Source: a virus
DNA length: 52,220 nt
IMG/VR virus record: IMGVR_UViG_3300045988_100671
Strand: one strand, 5' to 3'
The translations under genes and the position numbers were made by a program. The notes below the pieces were generated by a model, which saw nothing but the letters and a program-made list of their open reading frames with translations, was not told the DNA's origin and did not search any database. Numbering within the stretch: position 1 is the first letter of the stretch; each line of letters starts with the position of its first letter. Below are positions 13,761 through 22,757 of this stretch, piece by piece.

Positions 13761-14867
13761 ATGTACCGCTACTACATCACCCGTAAGACGCCGGAGGGCG
13801 TCATGGAGTACCCCACCACCACCGCACCGAACGTCATCGAGAGCTACGGCCAGAACGGTTCGCAGTTCGAGGGATTCACCGAGCGCTTCTGGGGGTACGT
13901 CGAGTTCGAGCAGGAGCTCCCCGGGAGTGACCTGGACGCCTACGGCCTGGTCCCCGGCCCGTCCCCCGAGTACCACCCCATCAACGAGAACATGGCCCGC
14001 CGGGCCAAGGAGATGATGAGCTTCAGCGAGTATGTCCCTGGGTCCGCGACCTGGGACTACCGCCTCCAGGTGGACAAGGCCTCCATGGTGGCCCAGCGTC
14101 AGAAGCAGCGCACGGACCCCATGTACCATGAGAAGATCGACGGCCTGCTGGCTTCCTATTCCCGCCGCCTGGCTGCCAACCTGAACGACGGGTACCGCAT
14201 CGGTACGATGTGCCCATCGGTGCTGATCTCCGGCGGAAGCAACTTCCCGGTACGCAAGAAGGAGCGCCAGAACGCGGCGTCTGATAAGAACATGGCGGAG
14301 TGGCAGGAGATCAACGGCATCATCGGCCGCATCAAGTCCGTCGGAACGGGCGGCATCTCGTCCGATGACCCCCTGGCCCTGGATAAGCTCAAGCTCAAGC
14401 TGCGGAAGCTGGAGGAGCTCCAGGAGGAGATGAAGGCAGCCAACGCGGCTATCCGCATGAAGAACAAGGAAGCGGGCGACGCGAAGCTCGCCGAGCTCGG
14501 CTACACCGAGGAGGAGATCGCAAAGCTCCGGGCACCCGACTTCTGCGGCCGCATCGGCTACCCGGCCTATCAGCTCCAGAACAACAACGCGAACATCCGG
14601 CGAATCCGCCAGCGGATCGCCGAGCTGGAGAAGAAGAAGGAGAACCCGGCCGAGGGCTGGGAGTTTGACGGCGGGAAGGTCGTCGTGAACCAGGGCGTCA
14701 ACCGTCTCCAGATCATCTTCGATGACCGGCCGGATGCTGATCTGCGGTCGGAGCTCAAGGGCGAGGGCTTCCGGTGGGCGCCGTCGCAGGGAGCGTGGCA
14801 GCGTCAGCTTACCGACAACGCCATGCGGGCGGCTCGCCGCATCAAGGCGATTGCCCCGGCCGAGTGA
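13761..14867 (+). CDS. DUF3560-like protein
   Basis: The C-terminal RLQIIFDDRPDADLRSELKGEGFRWAPSQGAWQRQLTDNA matches the DUF3560 signature as I recall it. Central coiled coil. Confidence 0.65.
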   Translation: MYRYYITRKTPEGVMEYPTTTAPNVIESYGQNGSQFEGFTERFWGYVEFEQELPGSDLDAYGLVPGPSPEYHPINENMARRAKEMMSFSEYVPGSATWDYRLQVDKASMVAQRQKQRTDPMYHEKIDGLLASYSRRLAANLNDGYRIGTMCPSVLISGGSNFPVRKKERQNAASDKNMAEWQEINGIIGRIKSVGTGGISSDDPLALDKLKLKLRKLEELQEEMKAANAAIRMKNKEAGDAKLAELGYTEEEIAKLRAPDFCGRIGYPAYQLQNNNANIRRIRQRIAELEKKKENPAEGWEFDGGKVVVNQGVNRLQIIFDDRPDADLRSELKGEGFRWAPSQGAWQRQLTDNAMRAARRIKAIAPAE

Positions 14868-14915
14868 GTTCCCCCTCTACCATCCCCATTATACCCAGAA
14901 AGGAGGAGGAACAGC

Positions 14916-15416
14916 GTGTCAACCACAACGAAAAAAAGGCCCCTCGAATTTCTTCGAGAGGCACGAATAGCGGCTGGATATGTCAGCCGTGGAACGGCGT
15001 CAACTGCGGTCCCGTTTTCACCCGAGACAATCGGGCGGCATGAGCGCGGAGACATCGAGATGGAGCCGGAGGACGCCGTAACCTACGCGGAGAGCTACAA
15101 GCGGCCGGAGGTGCTGCTCCACTACTGCGCGACTTGTCCGGTCGGAAGGAAGCTGGGAAAGGAAGCGCGGGAGCTGGAGCTCCCGCACGCCACCCTGCGA
15201 ATCCGTCGGCTCATCGCAGATGGACAGGATGTAGCCGACCGCCTGGAGGAGATCGCCTTTGACGGCGTCATTGACGACAGCGAGCGCGTTGAGTTCGCGG
15301 ACGCCCTCAAGTTCCTCCGGCAACTGGAGCAATCCATCATGGACATCATACTCATAGGCCTGGAAAATGGGAAGGCCGCCCCCGGTGCAACGGGAAGCGG
15401 CCAAATGCGGAAATAA
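14916..15416 (+). CDS. HTH (XRE-like) regulator
   Basis: GTG start after aaaggaggagg. N-terminal HTH-like LREARIAAGYVSRGTAS...ETIGRHERG. The 3' end runs across hairpin copy E. Confidence 0.6.
   Translation: MSTTTKKRPLEFLREARIAAGYVSRGTASTAVPFSPETIGRHERGDIEMEPEDAVTYAESYKRPEVLLHYCATCPVGRKLGKEARELELPHATLRIRRLIADGQDVADRLEEIAFDGVIDDSERVEFADALKFLRQLEQSIMDIILIGLENGKAAPGATGSGQMRK
15381..15394 (+). promoter_or_regulatory. GUGCAA-loop stem-loop, copy E (degenerate module inside a CDS 3' end)
   Basis: cccg-gtgcaa-cggg with an outer ggccgc/gcggcc pairing. Followed by ccaaatgcggaaataactaacc, as in copy C but without GGAG or an ATG. Confidence 0.5.
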
Positions 15417-15475
15417 CTAACCGCCATCATAGTACCATACTCCCGGCCGCCTGTCAAGCGAAAGGAGTTTTATCA

Positions 15476-16528
15476 ATGGCATACGACATCGTTCAGCTCA
15501 ACAAGTACCCGAAGGACAGGTACAACGTCCTGGTCCCTGTCACCACCATGCAGGCGGCGTCCAACCTCCAGCGGATCACCGTCTCCGAGGTGCTGCTCGA
15601 CACCCGGCAGGACAGCAGCAACAAGGGGCCGAGCAAGGACATCTACTTCGAGAAGTCCAGCAGCGCCTTTGCCATCACGAAGGTCGGCGGGATGAAGCTG
15701 GCCGCAGCGGCCAACATCTCCATCGTCGGAACCGAGCCAGGCCGAACCGAAGGGTGCCAGCGCTGCATCGAGATGGCCCGGGCGACCGGACAGCCCCGTG
15801 TGTGCGGGAACTGCCCGCACGTCCACGACGTAGCCGTCACCGTAACCATCCGCGTGCCGGAGCCCTCTGGGGGCTTCCGGCTGATGCAGGCCACCAAGGA
15901 GATCGACTGTACCCTGGAAGCGGCCAGCATGAAGGACGGAGCCAACGGGCAGCAGTTTCGCCGGTTCCTGCCTCACCGGACCGCGATGGCAGAGAGCAAG
16001 GCCTTCATGCGAGCCATCCGCGCCGCCCTGGGCCTGGCTGGCACCTATCCCCTGGAGGAGCTGAAAAAGCCCTTCGTCGTGGCCCGCATGGTCCCGAACC
16101 TGGACGCACCGGAGATCAAGCAGGCCGTCGCCCAGAACTACTTGCAGTCCATGGGGATGCTGTTCGAGGCACCGGCGGCCGGACATCGCCAGATCGAGCC
16201 CCCCAAGGCCGTCGAGACCGTAGAGGCCTATGAGGATGAGGCCCAGGGCGCGGCGCCGTGGGAGGAGCCGCCGGAGGAGCCGGACACCTGGAGCTCGAAC
16301 CCCAGCTACGGACCGGCCGACTACGATGACCGCACGCCCCCGCAGCGCCCCGCGATCGGGGCACCGGAGCCGATCATCTGCTCGCGCTGCCGCCAGGAGA
16401 TCACCGGCGGCACATCCCGGAAAGGCCGGGCGTGGACGCCGCAGGATGTGGCCGCGTACAGCCAGCGCACCTTCGGGCGCGTGCTCTGCCCCGCCTGCCA
16501 GGACATTGAAAAGGGGGCTCGGAGATGA
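15476..16528 (+). CDS. Putative single-strand annealing / recombination protein (Rad52/ERF-like) with zinc-ribbon inserts
   Basis: RBS aaaggag. AESKAFMRAIRAALGLAG resembles the Rad52/ERF SSAP signature. CxxC pairs present. Sits upstream of the SbcCD-like gene. Assignment is tentative. Confidence 0.4.
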   Translation: MAYDIVQLNKYPKDRYNVLVPVTTMQAASNLQRITVSEVLLDTRQDSSNKGPSKDIYFEKSSSAFAITKVGGMKLAAAANISIVGTEPGRTEGCQRCIEMARATGQPRVCGNCPHVHDVAVTVTIRVPEPSGGFRLMQATKEIDCTLEAASMKDGANGQQFRRFLPHRTAMAESKAFMRAIRAALGLAGTYPLEELKKPFVVARMVPNLDAPEIKQAVAQNYLQSMGMLFEAPAAGHRQIEPPKAVETVEAYEDEAQGAAPWEEPPEEPDTWSSNPSYGPADYDDRTPPQRPAIGAPEPIICSRCRQEITGGTSRKGRAWTPQDVAAYSQRTFGRVLCPACQDIEKGARR

Positions 16529-16665
16529 CGGTAATTGAGTTTGCAGCCAAACGGCTGGAAGAAGAAAGCGGATACGACACTGACGCTGTCCGCTACTGGG
16601 CCGCCTACCTGGACGGGGCCAGGGCGCAGAAGAAAGAGGACGAGGAGGCGAAGGTCAATGATTAA
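16525..16665 (+). CDS. Small hypothetical protein (46 aa, not in ORF track)
   Basis: ATG 16525 overlaps the upstream stop and its TAA overlaps ATG 16658. Product MTVIEFAAKRLEEESGYDTDAVRYWAAYLDGARAQKKEDEEAKVND. Confidence 0.45.
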   Translation: MTVIEFAAKRLEEESGYDTDAVRYWAAYLDGARAQKKEDEEAKVND

Positions 16666-19600
16666 GATTCTGCATACCGGAGACATTCACCTCGGGGACC
16701 TGGCCGGTCCCACCAAGGACGGCCAGAACCTTCGCAGGGAAGACACCATCAGGTGTATGCGGGAGGTCTACTACCGGGCCTTCCTGGAGGAACCCGATGT
16801 GACCATCATCGCGGGAGACCTGTTCAACCGGTCCCGCGTCTGGGCGGACACCGCCCTGGAGGACGTCAACGACGCCCTGGAGCAGTTCATCATCCCGCTG
16901 TGCAAGTGCAGCGACGCCGTGGTGCTGCTGTTTGGCACCATGAACCACGACAACCCCAGGGCCTTCGAGCTCATCAAGAGAGCCACCCAGGACCTCAAGA
17001 ACCTGCATATCTACACGGAGCCGAAGGTGGAGGAGATCACCACCAGCAGCGGACCGGTCCAGATCGTAGCGGTCCCCGGCTTCGACAAGGCCCGCCTCCG
17101 CCTGTTCTGCCCCGGGGTGGACAAGGAGACGGAGAACCGGAACGCTACGGCGCTTATCAACGACATCATGCTGGGCCTGTCCACGGAGCTGGACAAGTCG
17201 AAGCCGTCCGTCCTGGTGGCTCACTACACGGTCAGCGGAAGCGAGGCGGACAACGGCTCCACCTTCCTGGCGGGCCAGGACGTCGTAGTGCTTCCGGCTA
17301 CCATCGACGCCATGGGTGTGGACCTCGCCTGCTTCGGGCACATCCACAAGCCGCAGCGGCTTGTGTGTCAGACACCGGCCTTCTATTGTGGTTCTGTCAA
17401 TCAGCTCACCTTCAACGACGAGGGGACGGAGCACGGCTTTTACATTCACACTATCGACGGGCAGGTCTCCAGCGAGTTCGCTGTGACGCCGGAGCGGAAG
17501 CACTTCACCCTGCGCCTGTCGCCGGAGGACGTCTCCGCCTTCATCACCGGCGGAGTGGCGCCGACGCCGGACGGGATCTCTGATGCCGTTGTTCGGGTCC
17601 GGTATTCCTGTACCGCCGAACAGGACAAGGCCTTCAACCGGGCAGAGCTCCAAAAGTACCTGATGCAGGCTGGAGCCTTCTACGTCGCCGAGGTTATGCC
17701 GGAGGACGTGGAGGAGCTGGACGCCAAGGACCAGCTCACGGAGCACGATGGACCGGCCGAGTGTCTGGCCCGCTGGCTGGAGACCAACGGCGTGGAGCCG
17801 GACAAGGCCGCCAGACTTGAGGAGTTGGCCGCTCCGATCATCAAGCAGGCGGACGACGGGCGCGGAGACAGCAAGCATACCGGAGCGTTTTTCCCGCGCT
17901 CCATCGAGGTCAAGAACTACCGCAGCTACACGGCAGCGACCTTCGACTTCGAGCCGGTTCACATGGCGATGGTCAACGGCCCGAACGGCGTAGGTAAGTC
18001 CAGTCTGTTCATGGACGCCCTGGCCGATTGCCTGTACGAGCAGACCCGCAAGGAGGACATCGGCGGATGGGTCCGGGACGGCACCAAGAGCGGCAGCATC
18101 ACCTTCACCTTCGGCCTGGGCGGCCAGGACTACCGGGTCATCCGCACCAGAACCAAGAGCGGGCGAGGAACCCTGGCGCTCCAGCGCTGGGACGCGGACG
18201 GCCAGGCCTGGGCCGATGAAAGCGACACCACCATGAAGCTCACCCAGGCCCGCATCGAGCGGCTTCTCGGAATGGACTGCACGACCTTCTGCTCCATCGC
18301 ACTTATCCGGCAGGACGCCTACGGGCTTTTCCTGGAAGCCGGAAGCGATCAGCGCATGGCCGTTCTGTCTGCCCTCCTGGGCCTGGACATCTACGGCCGG
18401 ATGGAGGACCTGGCGAAGGCCGGGGCCACGGAGCAGCGCCGGAAGCTGGCGGCCATCCGGGAGCGCAGCGCCATCCTCGATGAGACTATCCAGCAGAAGG
18501 CGGGCATCGAGAGCGAAGACGCCGAGCTTGCCGATCAGGTGGCCGACGTCGAGAAGTTCGTCAAGGACCTGGAGGCGGACCTCCGTGAGGCAGAGGCGGC
18601 CGAGGCCCTACGCAAGGAGATCGCCCGGCAGGCCGAGGAGAAGAAGCGGCAGGCCCAGGAGTACCGCCTCCAGGCGGCCGACAAGGCCTCCGAATACCTG
18701 GACCTGGAGAAGAAGCACTCCGAGGCAGAGGCGGCCGCTGACGGCCTGGAGGATGCAGCCAGGGCAGCGGATAAGGTCAAGGCGGCCAGGGAGATCATGC
18801 AGCAGCACGCCCCTGATGTCGAGAGGGACAAGGACCTGGTCAAGGACCGGGCCCGCGCCACAAGTGACCTGGCGACCTCTGATGAGAAGGCGCAGCACCT
18901 TGCGAGTGAAAAGGCCCGCAACGAGGCCATCCTCTCCAAGAAGGATGAAATCGTTCGTGCGAAGAACGAACTGGCGGAGATCGTCACCAAGAAGGAGACG
19001 ATTCGCCAGCGCCTCGCAGAGCTGGAGAAGGCTACCGCAGCATATCAGGAGGCAAAGGCGGCCTGTGATAGATACCTCCAGGAGGCCAAGTCGGACATCC
19101 GGGCCTGCGAGGCTGAAATCCAGCGGGCGACCGATGAAACCGCGAGACTGGATGACAGCGGGTGCCTGGTGCCGGACACCGCGACCTGCAAGTTCCTGGC
19201 CTCTGCTGTGGAATCCAAGCGAGCGCTACCCGGAATGATGGAGGAGCTTGAGACCAAGAAGGCGAAGTACCGCGAGCGCTATGATGAGCTCAAGGCGGCC
19301 GTCGATCAGGCAAAGGCCGCCATTGATGAGATCGGAGACCCCCTCGGCGCTTTGGAAGACCTGGAGTACAAGGAGCGGCGCCTCCGTTCCATCGCCTCGA
19401 AGGAGGCGGACATCGCGGTTGCGGAAGCTACCCTGGAGAAAATCGAGGCGTCCGTCCTGGAAGTGAAACAGACCTTCGATGCAGCGGCGGCCCGCATCGA
19501 CGAGATCGACGCTGAGCGCGTGAAGCTCGCCCAGGCCGTTACCGCCTACCAGGAGGCCGAGGGAGACGTGAAGGCCTTTTCCGTTTTGGCTGATACTCTG

Positions 19601-20437
19601 GCGGAGTGTCAGGCGGCCGCAGCGAAGGCCGAGGCCCTGGAGCCGCAGATCAGGAAGCTCAAGGCGGAAGTGGAGGAGCTGCGCGGCAAGTCCGAGCAGG
19701 CACTTCGAGAGGCCGACGAGATCGCCGCCCGCGTGCCGGGAGGTGGGAACGTGGCAGACCGCATCCGCGCCAACATCGAAGCGCAGCGACGGTCCCTCAC
19801 CGACCTGGCAACCCGCCGGGGACAGCTCAAGGCAAAGCTGGAGGACATCGCAGAGGCGGAGACCAAGTCCTCGGAGCTCCGCCGGGAGGCGGAAGCCGTC
19901 GGCGTGGTCTTGAGCGACTACACCACCCTGGCCCAGGCATTTGGCCTGGACGGCATCCAGTACATGATCGTGCGCGGCGTCGTGCCGGAGATCATGCGCC
20001 GGTCCAATGAAATTCTGGCAGCCATGACCGGCGGCCGTATGGCGGTGGACATCCGAACCGAGCGGGAGCAGAAGTCCACGAAGCAGATCGTGAACAGCCT
20101 GGAGGTGTGGATTAACACCATCACGGGAGGCAACAGACCCTACCTCTCCCACAGCGGAGGCGAGAAGGTCAAGATCGCGCTGGCTGTCACCCTGGGCCTG
20201 GCTGACGTGAAAGCTCGCCGGGCGGGGGTGCAGCTTGGGATGCTGTTCATCGACGAGCCCCCCTTCCTGGACGCCGACGGAACCGAGGCCTACGCCGACG
20301 CCCTGGCCGCCATGGCCTCCAGAAACCCCAATATGAGAATCCTTGCTATCTCGCACGACCCGACCATGAAGGCCCGGTTTGTGCAGAACATCGTGGTAAC
20401 CGGCGGAGAGGACGGGAGCACAGTCACGATGGAATAA
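16658..20437 (+). CDS. Fused SbcD/Mre11-like nuclease and SbcC/Rad50-like ATPase
   Basis: ATG 16658 after gaggagg. Phosphoesterase motifs ILHTGDIHLG, GDLFN, GTMNHD, GHIHKP. Walker A GPNGVGKSS. Long coiled coil. Signature LSHSGGEKV and Walker B MLFIDEP. Confidence 0.88.
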   Translation: MIKILHTGDIHLGDLAGPTKDGQNLRREDTIRCMREVYYRAFLEEPDVTIIAGDLFNRSRVWADTALEDVNDALEQFIIPLCKCSDAVVLLFGTMNHDNPRAFELIKRATQDLKNLHIYTEPKVEEITTSSGPVQIVAVPGFDKARLRLFCPGVDKETENRNATALINDIMLGLSTELDKSKPSVLVAHYTVSGSEADNGSTFLAGQDVVVLPATIDAMGVDLACFGHIHKPQRLVCQTPAFYCGSVNQLTFNDEGTEHGFYIHTIDGQVSSEFAVTPERKHFTLRLSPEDVSAFITGGVAPTPDGISDAVVRVRYSCTAEQDKAFNRAELQKYLMQAGAFYVAEVMPEDVEELDAKDQLTEHDGPAECLARWLETNGVEPDKAARLEELAAPIIKQADDGRGDSKHTGAFFPRSIEVKNYRSYTAATFDFEPVHMAMVNGPNGVGKSSLFMDALADCLYEQTRKEDIGGWVRDGTKSGSITFTFGLGGQDYRVIRTRTKSGRGTLALQRWDADGQAWADESDTTMKLTQARIERLLGMDCTTFCSIALIRQDAYGLFLEAGSDQRMAVLSALLGLDIYGRMEDLAKAGATEQRRKLAAIRERSAILDETIQQKAGIESEDAELADQVADVEKFVKDLEADLREAEAAEALRKEIARQAEEKKRQAQEYRLQAADKASEYLDLEKKHSEAEAAADGLEDAARAADKVKAAREIMQQHAPDVERDKDLVKDRARATSDLATSDEKAQHLASEKARNEAILSKKDEIVRAKNELAEIVTKKETIRQRLAELEKATAAYQEAKAACDRYLQEAKSDIRACEAEIQRATDETARLDDSGCLVPDTATCKFLASAVESKRALPGMMEELETKKAKYRERYDELKAAVDQAKAAIDEIGDPLGALEDLEYKERRLRSIASKEADIAVAEATLEKIEASVLEVKQTFDAAAARIDEIDAERVKLAQAVTAYQEAEGDVKAFSVLADTLAECQAAAAKAEALEPQIRKLKAEVEELRGKSEQALREADEIAARVPGGGNVADRIRANIEAQRRSLTDLATRRGQLKAKLEDIAEAETKSSELRREAEAVGVVLSDYTTLAQAFGLDGIQYMIVRGVVPEIMRRSNEILAAMTGGRMAVDIRTEREQKSTKQIVNSLEVWINTITGGNRPYLSHSGGEKVKIALAVTLGLADVKARRAGVQLGMLFIDEPPFLDADGTEAYADALAAMASRNPNMRILAISHDPTMKARFVQNIVVTGGEDGSTVTME

Positions 20438-20485
20438 CGCCGGACATCCAGCGCCGGAAGTCTAAACGAAGGGAGGGACTGCCGG

Positions 20486-21202
20486 TTGAACTACATCTTG
20501 GAGATAAATGCCTTTGAACGGCGGATGAAACGGCAGCCCCTCCCAACCACGGCGCAGCTCCTATGGTACAAGCTCATGGCCTTTGCAAATCGGCAACACT
20601 GGCCGGAGTGGTTCTCGATTGACAACGACCGGCTCGGCGGGCTTCTGAATAGCACCGCCGGAACGGCCAGAACCGCCAGAGACCAGCTTGTGAAAGAGGG
20701 ATATATCATCTGCCAAAGAGGAGCAAAAGGAAGGCCGAACAGGTACAAGCTGGTGTCCATCGCCTTCCAGGAGTACCCGGACGCCGCCGGAAGCAGCGAC
20801 GTGTACCCGGCCAATGATAGGCCAGGCATCGAAGGCTATCTGGAGGACGACTACACCAGGTACTTCGGCTACACGGAGGCGATCGGGAGCGAGGTCAAGA
20901 GCGTAACACAAGAGCTGCTTGATACGTTCCGGCCGGGAGAGAGGGCGACCCAGAGGGACGAACTCGAAGTGTTCCGCAAGATCACAGATCAGGAGGGAAC
21001 CGGGCCGGAAGACACGGTCATGACGGTATCGGAGGAGAAAAAGGCCCTCCTGGTCTATGCTTTTGAGCAGGCCAGCCTTGCAGGCGCGGTGAACTGGAGA
21101 TACATAAATGCCATATACCGCAACTTTGGGGCTCGAAATATCAAGACTGTGGATGACGCCTACGACTATGACTATGACAGGGATTACCGGATGGGCCGGT
21201 AA
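20486..21202 (+). CDS. Replication protein with DnaD-like domain (replisome organiser)
   Basis: TTG start after gggaggg. N-terminal winged-helix-like region. C-terminal AGAVNWRYINAIYRNFGARNIKTVDD resembles the DnaD/DnaB_2 domain. Confidence 0.65.
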   Translation: MNYILEINAFERRMKRQPLPTTAQLLWYKLMAFANRQHWPEWFSIDNDRLGGLLNSTAGTARTARDQLVKEGYIICQRGAKGRPNRYKLVSIAFQEYPDAAGSSDVYPANDRPGIEGYLEDDYTRYFGYTEAIGSEVKSVTQELLDTFRPGERATQRDELEVFRKITDQEGTGPEDTVMTVSEEKKALLVYAFEQASLAGAVNWRYINAIYRNFGARNIKTVDDAYDYDYDRDYRMGR

Positions 21203-21215
21203 AATCTTGCCCGCT

Positions 21216-21228
21216 GTGGCATTAAAAC
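21216..21228 (+). repeat. gtggcattaaaac motif, copy 2
   Basis: Exact 13-mer shared with 9624-9636. Intergenic. Confidence 0.6.
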
Positions 21229-21242
21229 GAGAGGTGGTACCC

Positions 21243-21839
21243 ATGAAAGAGAAACTGGTGGTGGCCGTGTGTCTGACCCTCTGCGCGGTCCTGTTTGCAA
21301 GCGTGACCGTCGGAGGGCTTCGGCTCGGCGCCGAGGCGGATGAGGAATCCGCCCCTGGGGACCTGGTTCAGATCGAGATTGGGGAAGGCTCCGTTTTGCT
21401 TCCCACCCTGGATGACGGGGCATCGGATGAGCTGGAGATCCCATGGACATATCAGGAGATCGAGATGCTGGCGAAGACGATCTGGGCAGAGGCCCGGGGC
21501 GTCAAGAGCACAGCACAGCAAGCGGCCGTCGTCTGGTGCGTCCTCAATCGGGTGGACGCCGGTGGATATGGCGAGACTATCGCGGAAGTTGTAAGCGCCC
21601 CTTACCAGTTCGCCTATGACCCGGCATCCCCGGTGACGGGAGAGTTCCTGATACTGGCAGAGGACGTTCTTCTGCGCTGGGGAGCTGAAAAGGCTGGCGA
21701 GGAAGATGTGGGCCGCACGCTGCCGGCCGATTATCTGTTCTTCGAGGGAGATGGAGCGGAGAATCACTTCCGCAAGGAGTACGAGAAGACCGGGGAAACG
21801 TGGGACTGGAGCTTGCCGGACCCCTACGAAGGAGGATGA
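21243..21839 (+). CDS. SleB-like cell wall hydrolase with N-terminal signal anchor
   Basis: ATG 21243. TM helix LVVAVCLTLCAVLFASV. IEMLAKTIWAEARGV...VVWCVLNRV...YQF is typical of the Hydrolase_2/SleB family. Confidence 0.75.
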   Translation: MKEKLVVAVCLTLCAVLFASVTVGGLRLGAEADEESAPGDLVQIEIGEGSVLLPTLDDGASDELEIPWTYQEIEMLAKTIWAEARGVKSTAQQAAVVWCVLNRVDAGGYGETIAEVVSAPYQFAYDPASPVTGEFLILAEDVLLRWGAEKAGEEDVGRTLPADYLFFEGDGAENHFRKEYEKTGETWDWSLPDPYEGG

Positions 21840-22225
21840 CGATTGTGAACGCGAGAGACCGGGCGAAGGTCGGAGAGGTCTTCTGGGTCGTGGTGGAGCA
21901 CTTCTACACGCCGAAGGACAGCCACCTTTGCGAGAAGGAGTATTGCGTATGCAAGACAGAGGTGTATAAGCTGCTCCCCCGTTGGGACGAAATGGTCCTT
22001 CACGGGCCCGGGCCTGACGGGTACCAGCAGTTGCACTACTACAAGAACAAGGACATCGGCAGGACGGTGTTCAGGACGCCAAAGGAGGCCGCCCTCTATG
22101 CCCTTGAGCTCACCAAGAAGAACGATCGGGTGTGGGCCGATATGATGGGCGAAAAGCCCATGCGGCGCACCTGGGAAAAATATCTGGAGGAGGAACAAGC
22201 CCATGATGAGCAAAGCAGAGCTTGA
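21836..22225 (+). CDS. Hypothetical protein
   Basis: ORF frame 21800-22225. The start is either ATG 21836 or GTG 21845, 9 nt after ggagg. Confidence 0.6.
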   Translation: MTIVNARDRAKVGEVFWVVVEHFYTPKDSHLCEKEYCVCKTEVYKLLPRWDEMVLHGPGPDGYQQLHYYKNKDIGRTVFRTPKEAALYALELTKKNDRVWADMMGEKPMRRTWEKYLEEEQAHDEQSRA

Positions 22226-22541
22226 GGTCCTGGCCGAGAAGTATGAGGCCAAGGCCGAGAGATCGTACCAGAACTACCAGGAAACCGGTATTTCCAGGTA
22301 TGACCGGGAGCGCCGGAATGCCGAGGAGCTGGCCGCTGCCATGAGGATGGCGGCCCAGGCGAGCGACGATTACAACAAGCTCACCTTCATCAAGTTCGAG
22401 GTCTCTATCCTGGCCGATCGGGCCAAGACCGCCATGCGGGAGCCGGAGGACAAGCGTTGTGAGGCCATGGAGAAGGCCTTGAAAAGCCTGGTTTCCTTTG
22501 CGGCGTCGCAGGGCCTTACGAACGGAGACGAGCTGTTATGA
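22203..22541 (+). CDS. Hypothetical helical protein
   Basis: 112 aa. RBS ggaggagg upstream. Confidence 0.65.
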   Translation: MMSKAELEVLAEKYEAKAERSYQNYQETGISRYDRERRNAEELAAAMRMAAQASDDYNKLTFIKFEVSILADRAKTAMREPEDKRCEAMEKALKSLVSFAASQGLTNGDELL

Positions 22542-22741
22542 GCAGATCATACCCGAGAGGATGCACGATCTTCAACTGCGACCGAAGGCGTGGGAACGTC
22601 TGCTGCGCTGACTGCGGGTACCGGGAGACGAACTGCAAAAACCCGTGCCTCAACCATCCGAGCCGCTGCGGCCAGGTCCTTCCCACCGCGAAAACGGCGG
22701 CCAACAAGAAGCTACCCCAGGGGAAACGCCCCAATAAATAA
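22538..22741 (+). CDS. Small cysteine-rich protein
   Basis: 67 aa with 9 Cys (CDRRRGNVCCADCGYRETNCKNPC). Start overlaps the upstream stop. Confidence 0.55.
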   Translation: MSRSYPRGCTIFNCDRRRGNVCCADCGYRETNCKNPCLNHPSRCGQVLPTAKTAANKKLPQGKRPNK

Positions 22742-22757
22742 ACAGGAGGAAACCAAT

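Noticed and set aside
18480-19238. Alternative-frame ORFs inside the SbcCD-like gene (16753-17583, 18480-19238, 19606-20010).
   Set aside because: Arg/Pro/Ser-rich nonsense translations of the coiled-coil coding region. The main frame carries all the catalytic motifs.
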